A stretch of DNA of 63,782 nucleotides, the filler included, from Octopus bimaculoides (lineage: Eukaryota): the NCBI RefSeq assembly GCF_001194135.2. It is 4 parts of 4 records of this genome, joined end to end, with 100 filler letters (N's around TTAATTAATTAA, not from the genome) between each part and the next. Parts side by side here need not be neighbours in the genome. Positions count along the whole stretch, not along the records: positions 36,112 to 62,417 come from NC_068998.1; 3 more parts are not named here. One strand, written 5' to 3'. This document shows positions 37,021 through 47,400 of this stretch, piece by piece. A program made the position numbers and the translations under genes. Position 1 is the stretch's first letter; each line of letters starts with the position of its first letter. The notes under the pieces are model-generated. The model worked only from the letters and a program-made list of their open reading frames with translations. It had not been told where the DNA came from and did no database searches.

Positions 37021-40000
37021 ATGTTCTCCTTGGAGCGTACTCATTATTATAGCAGTCACATCTTCCTGTTTTATCTACTGCTGTTGGTTACCGCACAACA
37101 GTATAGTCTTCGATTGGACGAACACAACTCGCCTCCTGACGTTATACCTACTAGTCCATACAACTTGAAGTACTCAGTACCATTAAATGAACTGACTAGT
37201 TATCCAATTTTTGCCTATTTTTATAGGTTGGATGGAAGTGAAGTTAAGGATGGTTCTCTAAACGATCAAGAAGTAACAGTGACCAGTAGGAGTACTACGA
37301 ACGTTGACAGCTGGAGAATGTCCGGTGGTAAGCTATGTCAAAATACTAATCCTGATGTATTTCTACCCATGAGATATAATCGCCACACATATGTCAAGAA
37401 ATGTGGCTCGACAATCGGACCGACCACATTAAAAGTGAAAGTATTCAATGGAACCATTATAATCGATTGGCTTATGCATTCTCACGAAAGGTATTTAGTG
37501 CCAGACATCGACCGAATATATAGAATCGATGTCCCTGGTCTATCTATTCGGATAGACACGTATCCTTTCCGTATAACCACTCCTGCTGCTAAACTCGTCA
37601 TCACCAAACACCCACCGTCAAACATCCAAGCCAACACAGGTTTTAATGTTACGGCCGAGATACATGATAATGTAGGTAAAGTTATTACGTCGGGTCTAGA
37701 CTCCATCGCTTTTGTAGAGTTGACTGTACCATATCGCTATAAAGAATTTTATTATCGAAGGAATTTAGACATGATGTTGAAACACACTGACATCCGATTG
37801 GCAGGCAGTTCGACCATGATACACCAAAGTACCAATGATATAATTATACGAAAACAAGCCGTAGCAGGTAAAGTTATATTCGAAGACATTCGGATTTTAG
37901 ATGTTGTAGTCGGCTTTCGCTTGAATTTAACTATGTATATGGCGAGAGATCCATGGATCAGAATACCGAACTGTAAAACTTGCTATGATGATTTAAGTCG
38001 TAAAAACATTTATGAATCCGAAAACTATGTTAAATTTTTTGATTTATCCGACAGCATTCTTGCAGGAATTCCAGCTATGGCTTTTACGAAACCTATTAAT
38101 GTTGAAGCCCAGAGACTTGCAAGTTTACAAATTATTCACAATTTAAAATCAACCAGTTCATCTATCAAAATTACTCGAAATTTTCCTATTCCAGGAGAAA
38201 TGAAAATAATGATTATAGATGTTAATGGGAATAGAATTTACTCTGGTCCAGATTCCAAGATAAACATCGATGTTAAAACGACCCCCCCGAATATATGCCT
38301 TTCAACGGACATGACAAAAACGATAATAGATGGCTTGGTGGAACTAAGAGGTTCAATATGTTCAATTTCTAGTTCGGTGAGGTTGATAATTTCCTCAACT
38401 TCACATGCAGGTGTAAGCGTTCAAACTCCAATTTTTACTGTGATTGGTCTAGTTCATATAGGGCACATTGGGGATTTCAATACAGCTGGAACGATTAAAA
38501 GTCCTTATCCACATATAGATACTTTTGTAAAATTCGCTGCTGCTGACATAAGCTGGGGCGGGATTCCTGGAATTTTTGAACAGTATGGTATGTCAATTGC
38601 AGTTGAATCAATCAACACTAATGATGAAATAGAATTTACTGTTCAGCAGTACCAAATGTATAAAGAAACACATCAAAATAGCGAATCGGAATTGAGAGGT
38701 ATCCTTCTGTCAGCAAGTTCATTGGTTACAAAAGCCGTAGCCAGAAACTCAATGATAGACAACATTCCGGTCATTGCATTGACTGAGAAAGATAATTCTT
38801 TTCTGCGATACAATTTATTCAATAAAATTTGCTGGGGATGGCCAGAAATTTACAGTTTTTTTCTGAAAGCTTGTAAAGATAGAAGATGGCTCCAGATGTC
38901 ATCTATCAGCTCCAGCGAAAAGTCTGTTGATATTGAATTCTTCAACAGTGCACAAATATTCGACGTTAAGATCACAATGCCAGTGATCGTCCCAGAATTC
39001 GACTCTTACAGCGATTCCCCTTGGCAACCAGAATTTTATGGTGAAGCAATGAGATTTCTAAAGGATGCCGGGACAAAAATAATTATTTGTTTTGCCACTC
39101 GCTCTTTACCATACATTTTGCGTTCTGGAATCCGATTTGGTATTTCTGCACTTGATGGTTATCAGTGGCTTTTTATAAGTGAAAATGCTCGATCCTTTCC
39201 TTTAATGAACGAAGCCGTCTGTCAATGGGAACCGAAATGTACCCATGCTTATCGTGGGTCACTACTATTCATAGAAACTTACGATTTTGGAAACTTCCAG
39301 ACAGAAAGATGGCTACATACACTCGAAAGATTTTATAGTATTGACAGAACAGAGTATTTAGGAAGTAAAGCAATATATCCAAATGAAGAACTAGCATCTT
39401 ATTTGGCACTGGGTTATGATGCCATGTGGTTGTTGGCTCAAGCAATCAGCAACATAGTTTCCAGACAAAAGACCGCTTTTGGAGATGAAATTTCAAACGA
39501 ACTGAAAAAAATTAATTTGAATGGACTGTCAGGAAAGGTGCGTCTCGATGAGAGCGGTAAAAGATCTGACTTTATGGGAAGTATCATTTTGATTAATCCC
39601 ATCGGCAATGTTTCTGAATCCCACCCTAATTTAGTAGCCCTCCCGATAAGACTTATACTATGGAAAGATTCTGGTGAAATAGAGTTGAATTACCAAGCTA
39701 AATACCCATTGAATAAGCCTCCATATAATTATGTACTACCACCAATGTCGCTTCCCGTGGCTGATACGTACAATATTAGAACATATCATTCAGTTTCAGG
39801 AATGATTAGCGAGCATGAAAATAAATTAATTGAAGCTCCAAACGAACCATGGCCATCTATAAGCTTTGAACGGACGGAGAAGTTAGTAACACCTTTTAGG
39901 TGTAAACAAAACTGTGGTGATCTTATATCGGAAGACGATGTTACAGTCTTCAATAATGGTGTCTGCATTGCGGAGAACGTGTGTGTGTGTAACAAAGGAT

Positions 40001-42072
40001 ATTTAGGAGATGGATGTATTAATGTTTCATGCAGTTGCGTTCATGGCGGATGTAGCTCGCCAGACATATGTACCTGTAAATCGGGCTGGAAAGGGTCGCG
40101 CTGTGACCAACCGGTATGTAACACTCCTTGCAAGCATGGAAAATGCGTGAAGCCCGATAAATGCCAGTGTGAATCATCAATGTGGCTCGGTAAATATTGC
40201 TCAATACACCTTGCAGCCATTCTCGTTCCAGTTATTTGTTCTCTGGTGTTGCTCATATGTTTTATATATCTATTGATAAGGTATTTAATCAAACGCATCC
40301 AACTCAGAACTGCACTGGCAAATCTCGAGTGGCTCGTTATCTGGGACGAAGCTGTTAAAATCGATTCTCAAGAAAAAGATACGAAGAACGTTTCAACTGC
40401 GACCCATGTTAGTCGAATGTTTAATGACTTGTACACGTGGAAGCGTGAGAAATGGTTTGTGAAACGCTTCAACTGTAGAACCATTGACCTTGATGATGAA
40501 GCGGTCCGACTAGAAATGGTTGAACTGACGACTTTGAATCACAAAAATTTAATCATTTACGGTGGAGCCTGTCTCACATATCCAAACGTGTCTTTTTTTC
40601 TTGAGCCAGCGAATAAGGGCAGTCTTGAAGATATTCTTATCAATGATGCTATACAACTTGGTTGGGATTTCCGATTTTCTTTTCTAAAAGACATCTGCTG
40701 TGGAATGGATTTCATTCACAGTAAAACTAATATTGGCTCTCATGGACGTCTCAAATCATCGAATTGTTTACTTGATAACCGCTGGTGCATTCGTTTGTCC
40801 GGTTTTGGCTGTCCATCAATTCGCTATGGACAGTACCTTATGGCTGGAGAAGAGAAAGATTGGCAGACTGAATTATTAAAGATGAACGAACTTTTTTGGA
40901 CGGCTCCTGAACTACTAATAACTGTTGAGTGTCTAAATGATGTTCAGATGGGTACTAAAGAAGGGGATATTTATTCATTTGGAATAATTGCTTCTGAAAT
41001 TGCCACCCGAGACATACCGTTCGCTTATGAACGGATGTTCCTATCTGTAAGCGCTATTTTGGATCTCATAGTGGAGAAAGACAGTCCTCTTCTAGAAGAG
41101 GAGAGAAAAGTATGGCAGTCAATTGGAGGCGATATATTTGTTATTCGGCCACAACTTAAAAGCGAGCATTTGCCTGAAGGGAAAACAACTCAGAGAAAAT
41201 TTCTCAAAATGCTTGAAGACGTATGGAACGATGAACCTCTGCTCAGACCTCCATTTTCAAAGCTTCTTGCAGTGTTAGATAATATTCATCCGACAAAGGG
41301 AGAACTAATGGACAACTTAATTCGACTATTGGAATCTTATTCCAATAATCTTGAACAAGTGGTGATTGAGCGCACCCACGACCTCGAAGTAGAAAAGGCA
41401 AAAATTGATCATATTATAAGTCAAATGTTGCCCAAGAAAGTGGTAGAGGAATTAAAACACGGAAATAAAGTGGAACCAGAAGACTTCAGCTGTGTCACTG
41501 TATTCTATAGTGATATAGTCGGATTTACAACGATCGCGAAAAACAGCCAGCCTATGCAAGTGGTTGATCTGTTGAACAACCTCTACAGTACATTCGATTC
41601 TATACTGCACAAATATGACGTCTACAAAGTGGAAACTATCGGAGATGCCTATGTTGTTGCAAGTGGCGTCCCCGAACGAAATGGAAATGCTCATGCAGGT
41701 GAAATTACGACAGCAGCGATGGACTTAGTCATAACCATGTTGGCAATGAAAGTACCGCATTTACCCGACTGTAAACTTCTGTTGCGTATCGGCGCTCACT
41801 CTGGACCAGTTGTTGCCGGAGTTGTTGGTTTAAAGATGCCTCGCTACACCCTTTTTGGCGACACAATGTTAATTGCAGCCACGATGGAATCGACTTCAGA
41901 ACCTTTGCGTATTCAGCTTAGTGAACACACAGTAAAAATTCTTGATCAACTCGGAGGATATGAAACTGAGCTACGCGGAGAAATGACTGTTGCTGGACGT
42001 GCTCTAACAACATTCTGGCTGATAAGTAAAGACGGATACGAAGGAACTCTTCCTCAGGTTGTGTGTCAATAA
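37021..42072 (+). CDS. Intronless receptor-type guanylate cyclase-like protein, 1683 aa (SP - 3 Ig-like modules - ANF receptor domain - 3 EGF - TM - pseudokinase - coiled coil - cyclase with degenerate C2-side residues)
   Basis: Uninterrupted ORF. Hydrophobic signal aa ~1-25; LALGYDAMWLLAQA and NGLSGKVRLDESGKR (ANF receptor); three Cys-rich EGF units aa 961-1060; TM aa ~1064-1086; HGRLKSSNC, FWTAPELL, GDIYSFGII (rGC kinase homology); YSDIVGFT, VYKVETIGDAY, GLKMPRY (cyclase). Confidence 0.93.
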   Translation: MFSLERTHYYSSHIFLFYLLLLVTAQQYSLRLDEHNSPPDVIPTSPYNLKYSVPLNELTSYPIFAYFYRLDGSEVKDGSLNDQEVTVTSRSTTNVDSWRMSGGKLCQNTNPDVFLPMRYNRHTYVKKCGSTIGPTTLKVKVFNGTIIIDWLMHSHERYLVPDIDRIYRIDVPGLSIRIDTYPFRITTPAAKLVITKHPPSNIQANTGFNVTAEIHDNVGKVITSGLDSIAFVELTVPYRYKEFYYRRNLDMMLKHTDIRLAGSSTMIHQSTNDIIIRKQAVAGKVIFEDIRILDVVVGFRLNLTMYMARDPWIRIPNCKTCYDDLSRKNIYESENYVKFFDLSDSILAGIPAMAFTKPINVEAQRLASLQIIHNLKSTSSSIKITRNFPIPGEMKIMIIDVNGNRIYSGPDSKINIDVKTTPPNICLSTDMTKTIIDGLVELRGSICSISSSVRLIISSTSHAGVSVQTPIFTVIGLVHIGHIGDFNTAGTIKSPYPHIDTFVKFAAADISWGGIPGIFEQYGMSIAVESINTNDEIEFTVQQYQMYKETHQNSESELRGILLSASSLVTKAVARNSMIDNIPVIALTEKDNSFLRYNLFNKICWGWPEIYSFFLKACKDRRWLQMSSISSSEKSVDIEFFNSAQIFDVKITMPVIVPEFDSYSDSPWQPEFYGEAMRFLKDAGTKIIICFATRSLPYILRSGIRFGISALDGYQWLFISENARSFPLMNEAVCQWEPKCTHAYRGSLLFIETYDFGNFQTERWLHTLERFYSIDRTEYLGSKAIYPNEELASYLALGYDAMWLLAQAISNIVSRQKTAFGDEISNELKKINLNGLSGKVRLDESGKRSDFMGSIILINPIGNVSESHPNLVALPIRLILWKDSGEIELNYQAKYPLNKPPYNYVLPPMSLPVADTYNIRTYHSVSGMISEHENKLIEAPNEPWPSISFERTEKLVTPFRCKQNCGDLISEDDVTVFNNGVCIAENVCVCNKGYLGDGCINVSCSCVHGGCSSPDICTCKSGWKGSRCDQPVCNTPCKHGKCVKPDKCQCESSMWLGKYCSIHLAAILVPVICSLVLLICFIYLLIRYLIKRIQLRTALANLEWLVIWDEAVKIDSQEKDTKNVSTATHVSRMFNDLYTWKREKWFVKRFNCRTIDLDDEAVRLEMVELTTLNHKNLIIYGGACLTYPNVSFFLEPANKGSLEDILINDAIQLGWDFRFSFLKDICCGMDFIHSKTNIGSHGRLKSSNCLLDNRWCIRLSGFGCPSIRYGQYLMAGEEKDWQTELLKMNELFWTAPELLITVECLNDVQMGTKEGDIYSFGIIASEIATRDIPFAYERMFLSVSAILDLIVEKDSPLLEEERKVWQSIGGDIFVIRPQLKSEHLPEGKTTQRKFLKMLEDVWNDEPLLRPPFSKLLAVLDNIHPTKGELMDNLIRLLESYSNNLEQVVIERTHDLEVEKAKIDHIISQMLPKKVVEELKHGNKVEPEDFSCVTVFYSDIVGFTTIAKNSQPMQVVDLLNNLYSTFDSILHKYDVYKVETIGDAYVVASGVPERNGNAHAGEITTAAMDLVITMLAMKVPHLPDCKLLLRIGAHSGPVVAGVVGLKMPRYTLFGDTMLIAATMESTSEPLRIQLSEHTVKILDQLGGYETELRGEMTVAGRALTTFWLISKDGYEGTLPQVVCQ

Positions 42073-42189
42073 ATGCTGAACCGGTTGCGCCTTGGCAGTG
42101 CATTCTTGTACATTTTTTTCAACCTCACTATTGTTAGAGTTATTATGATAACCAGTCTCAAATTATTGTTATCGCCGTTGTTGGTATAT

Positions 42190-42321
42190 AGTAATAATAA
42201 TGATGATGGTGATGATGATGACAACAGCAACAACAATACCAGCAGTAATAGTAGTAATAGCAGCAGCAGCAACAACAACAGCAGCAGCCTCAGCAGCAGT
42301 AGTAGTAGTAGTAGTAGTAGT

Positions 42322-42394
<73 letters not shown>

Positions 42395-42420
42395 ACAATA
42401 TCAACAACGATAATAATTAT
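42190..42420. repeat. Compound AAT/GAT/CAA/AGC/AGT trinucleotide tract in the probable 3' UTR
   Basis: Read directly. AATAAA candidates at 42068-42073 (overlapping the stop), 42497-42502 and 42514-42519. Confidence 0.85.
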
Positions 42421-42689
42421 TTCATTGATCACAAGGACTAATACAAGGACAAGAAACAAAACATTGGACATTAATATCAAGTAAACAGGTGAAATCAATA
42501 AACGTCAGTGGATAATAAAATATTAACAAGAAAAGATTTGCAAAGAGAGTAGGGGCAACCAACTAAAAATTTTTTTTTCTGGCGGGGGATCTACACCAAG
42601 TTCCGGATTACTTTGACACATCAAAAGTAAAATCTCCTCTCTATGGTTCTTGCCGTTCATTTACAGTCGCAAAATTATAGAAGGTCTAT

Positions 42690-42905
42690 TTAACCTATTT
42701 CTAATTTAGGCACAAAGCCAGCGATTTTGAAGTGGGGTTTAGTCGATACCATCAAACACCAGTACTTGAATGCTACTTTATTTTATCAATCCCGGAGGCA
42801 CGAAAAGTAAACTTGTACTCGGTGGTGAACTCAGAATATAAAAAGCCGATAGAAATATCGTAAAGTATTTTATCCCAACGCTCTAACAATTCTGTCAATT
42901 CACTG
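42690..42905 (-). mobile_element. SINE family B, diverged
   Basis: GGCACAAAGCCAGCGATTTTG...GAACTCAGA...TTCTGTCAATTCACTGCC. Confidence 0.65.
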
Positions 42906-42910
42906 CCAGT

Positions 42911-42960
<50 letters not shown>

Positions 42961-43079
42961 ACAATGATGATGATGATTTCTTTTAATCTTCACCGAGGTA
43001 ACAGATAGTGGGACGGATACAAAGACATATAAAGAGTGAGGATTTATTTATAATGGAATGATAAAAAGAATCATGAAAT

Positions 43080-46000
43080 ATTAGTATTCATGATGATCAT
43101 GATCATTACTCAATCCTTCTGATAGAGGAAGATTCAAGGGCCAATCGAAGAACTCCACCATTTAAGAACTCCCTTAACATCAAGAGAAACTGCTCCCCCA
43201 CCTCCCAGTTATTACAGGCTTATGCTGAGAACGTTTTCATTTTCACCTACTTCTCAATAAATTCATTTATCTCCGCCATTAATATTTTTCAGATTGCTGG
43301 AGTGGATCATTCACTGATCCTTTTGACCGATCGGTAGTGGACATTCTAGATAAGCGCTTAGTCTCAGTCTTTTCTTCACGCTGGACTGCAGCTCTGTCAA
43401 GAAGACAAGCTGCAAAGAAATACCTCACGAATGGTACAGAGAATGCCTAACGCACCATGGTGCTGGCAGCAGATGGACTACACTACTAGTAGAATACGTC
43501 CTTTTCACAATAAATTGAATACCAGATGCTCCAATTTGATCAGATTGTAATTAGAGCAATGCACAATGGTCAGATGGTAAATCATAACTGAGCCGATGTT
43601 GGTATTCGTTACTTTTGCCCGACCTCCGAACTTTTAAGGACAGCTTCCTTTAAGCCCATTTCTAGGTAAAGCTGGCTACCCTGTTCGTTACCTTATTCCA
43701 GTTCCGATTCACCTAGATGTCAGAACCGAACCAGACACCGAGCAGTTTAATCGGTTCCACGACACTACCCATGGCATAGAACTGCCTCTCCAGGTACCGA
43801 TCTGCAAGCTCATGGATTTGTCCGGGTTGATCTTAGTTTATTAATAATATCATCTCGTATTCCTCTGGAATAATCTTTTCTACTATAGGCACAAGGCCTG
43901 AAATTTGGGGGAGGGAGATAGTCGATTTCGTCAACCCTGGTGTTTCACTGGTACTTAATTTATCGACCCCGAAAGGATGAAAGGAAAAGTCGACCTCGGC
44001 GTAATCTGAACTCAGAACGTTGCAGCAGACGTGCTAATGATTCTGCTAACATTCCTCTGGAATAATGCAGAACGCCTCCACTTCACTGGATGAACCTGTT
44101 CAGGATTGCGCTTCCTCGACCTGAACACCGATGACAAGCACCGATATTTTCGCTAACACCTTGGCTAAAATATTTGCAGAGTTGTGTACCGAAAATTGTC
44201 TACGAGGTCTCTTTACCATGTCCTTTCTCAGCAGTATCACCACTCTCCAGCTCACAGCATTAGAAATTATTCCGTTCTCTACTAGTCGCAATAGACATCT
44301 CCCAAATGATTGCCAAACAAGTTTGACATGAATTCGAACAAAATCGAAGTGCAGGCCATCCAAACAATTCATGTGCAACTGCTCCTCGCCTCCAATATTT
44401 CAGCTGCTTTCCACAGCATTTCGTAACTTCTGACCAGAGTGGCGACAAGCCACCGAGATTCGAAATCAGTCCACTACCATCTTCAACCTATCGCTCGCCT
44501 GAAAAGACGAGCAGTGTGTTGTCGAAAGCCGCACCCACTTATCCGGAACCGTGTTGCACGAGCCTGCCATGACCCGTTAAAGACCTAATTGTGGTTTCGT
44601 AACACGGTTCATAGCCCTGGCAACGCAACCTTCGCATTTCACACTGAGGAAATGGCCAAGAGCCATTCTCGCTGCTAACATATCGGTCGCGATTCCTTTA
44701 ATAGTTATCCCTTCTAGATTGCTAACTCCAACTTTTTTCTTCCTATCGCTAGCTCTTTGCTAAACGCTACTGTGTCAGATCTCATCGCTCATTTAAGGGT
44801 GTCCCACCACTGTTTGTTAACGATTTCTCCCGTCAAATGCTATTAATGAATTAGTTAATTCATTAATATGGTCCTTGTTGCCTTTGCGCACCAGTAAGGA
44901 CACATTAAATTTCCAGTAACCTGGTCCTTGTCTAGAGGTCCTGTCAAAGTCGATCGAATAAATCGCAAATTTGTGGTCTGTGTAGTTGATGTCCACATTA
45001 TCCCCATCGGCTTACCTGTCAAATACTCTATCTAGTAACGATCTAGACGATCTATTGCAATTGTTTTATATCCACACTGGCACGTCAGAGAAATCGAGTC
45101 AGTACCTGTCAGATAATTGAAACTTCTGAGCAAGTTTACGAGGTTTTAGCACTCCTTCTTGACTCTAGCTCCACATTCTCTCCGTGCGTCTTCAATACTG
45201 TTACATTCCCCTACAAGTGATGATAATCGGACGTTTCTAACTAGGGCTCCTACTAATCTTTTTTTTTTCTACCGCTGTTTCTATACTAAACATTATCGAT
45301 TCTATTTTAATCGCTCTTTTTTTAAAGCGTACCTACATTTGTTGTTAAACGATTGCTCCCGTCATCGCTCAATTAATTAATTCGCTTATCCGGCCTCTGT
45401 GAGCTTGGCGCGCGAAAGCAACGCATTCAGCTTCCAGTAACCGGGATCCTGACTACAAAATCTATCTAGGTCAACCGTATAGAACACAGATTTGTGATTT
45501 GGGTAACAGACGATTTTAAATTGTGGACAATCTGTGCTATCCTATCTGCAAGTCTATTGAATACTCTATCTAGAAACGATCTGAACGATCCGATTCATTT
45601 TGCTCACGTTCACAATAGTACATTCTGGAAATCCAGGTGGTACGTGACAGATTGTTGGAAACGTCTGAGTAGGTATGTAAGACTTTTGCACCTCCTCTTT
45701 TGTTAGCTAGGTCTACACAGTCCCTACATGCATCCAAGATACTGTTCCGATTACCCATATGCACTAAAGAGCGACACGTTTCTAGGAAGGCCTCAAGACA
45801 CCCGAAGAAGTTCGGCCGACCGCGCTCCTGCCGGGGCGGCGTGGGGGTACTTGTTTGTTTGAAGGTATGACCTTTACTGCTGGTCAAATACCACCGACTT
45901 ACCTTCTAGGTCCCGGAAGATGGTTTGTATCACAATATCTAACCCTTTCTAAAACAGCACAGAGACTTCGCCCCCCCCCTATTCCATCAGGTATAGAGAT

Positions 46001-47400
46001 CCATGTACCTCGTAGCCACCAAAAGTGAATGTGAAGGCTCGTATCCCAGAAACTCTGATCTCGCTGATGGCCATCACATCAACAGCAAGTGTTTGGAGGT
46101 CGTTGAGTAAGTGCCCCTGTTTCCAAGACGACTCCAGTTTACGTGTATTCACGCAGCCTATTTTGAGTAAGGTTATGCTCGATAAGAAGGTACCTCTTAC
46201 CTTATTCTTGTGGAAGGACCGTTGTTTTACCCTTCCGGCCAGTTGTGGATATTTCCACAAGGAGTTCTTAATATATTCTTTTGTATATACACCCACGGAT
46301 ATTTTCTATTCCGCCGGGATATTTTGTTTTCAGTTTGTAGTATGCTTGTTGGTCAGTTCTTAGAATTTTAATGCGAGTTGGCACGTCATGTGGTGGTGTC
46401 ATAAAGTCATTGAGCTTAATGTTTGTATGTTGATAGGTATGTTCAATTAATTCTTTATCGTGTGCTTATGGCCATGTAGTTGAAATTTTTTTCTTTTCTT
46501 CAGTTTGCTGTTGCTGTTGGTGAGTGTGAATTTGGTTGCGTTTATGGTGGTATTTGTTGGTGTTTATGAGGATGATGGTGTTTGTGGTGATGGCTGTGTC
46601 TCTCGTGACGGTGGTGATTGTCATAGTGGAGTTGGTGTTGGTATTGCTACAGGGCATGTTGCTTTTAATTTTCTCCTGCCAATTTTATGTGTTTATGAGT
46701 TTACATCTTGTTTTCCTTTTCTTTCTCTTCTTACGAGGGCGGTTTTTTTTTTCATTGCATGACATATCAGAGTGATCAGAAGTGGGGTGGAGAATGTTCT
46801 GTGGCTTTGTATTAGTGCTGGGGGTTCTGTTGTTCATATTGTTAGTGTTGTGGCTTTTGTAAGAATTGGGTGTTTTCGAATTGGTACTGATGTCGTTTTT
46901 ATGGCTCATGCGGTTGGAGCCTCTGCTGTTGTTGTTATTGTCTCTGGGACTGTTGCTGCTGGTGTGTTTGCCCATTGGTGAGGTTGTGACTACTGTACTT
47001 GTCGCGTTGGTAAAAGTGGGTGGCTTGCTTCTTTCGTGAATGGTTTAAGACAGAAACCTTTTAAATGTGTCACAGATCCACATATGTAGCATTTTGGTTT
47101 TCTCCCTCCATTATCGCGAATAGATGGGGACCATCCGGGAGGTTGATCAAGTCAGCTATGTCTTCTGGCTTGTATAGTCAGTTCCATACCACTCCCTCAC
47201 TGTTTCAGTATTTTCTTTATCTCGAATAGTTTCATCCTCCTCTACACAAGCCAAGACGGCTGTCACCAAATAAGTGATAGTTCTGGTGACATGTTTATCA
47301 CTCTTACTTTTACTAAGCACTGGGGACTGGGTGGAGTTCTTCATTCCTCAGTGCTGTTCTAGAGTGAAATTTTACCTCATCTTCTGTCCCGAATCTCACT
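43080..47400 (-). mobile_element. Long degenerate L1/Tx1-clade LINE (ORF1-like region, APE, RT), split by a SINE
   Basis: KIGCVNTRKL...LLNDL..LAVDVMAISE (APE start); GPGYWKFNVSLL; NILAKVLAK..VLVIG..VEEAQS (RT); KLLGVWFG...NWNKV (post-RT); low-complexity N/T/Q ORF1-like region upstream. Confidence 0.7.
43875..44050 (-). mobile_element. SINE family B with a 16-bp target-site duplication, inserted in the Tx1 LINE
   Basis: ATTCCTCTGGAATAAT at 43859-43874 and 44051-44066. Confidence 0.85.
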
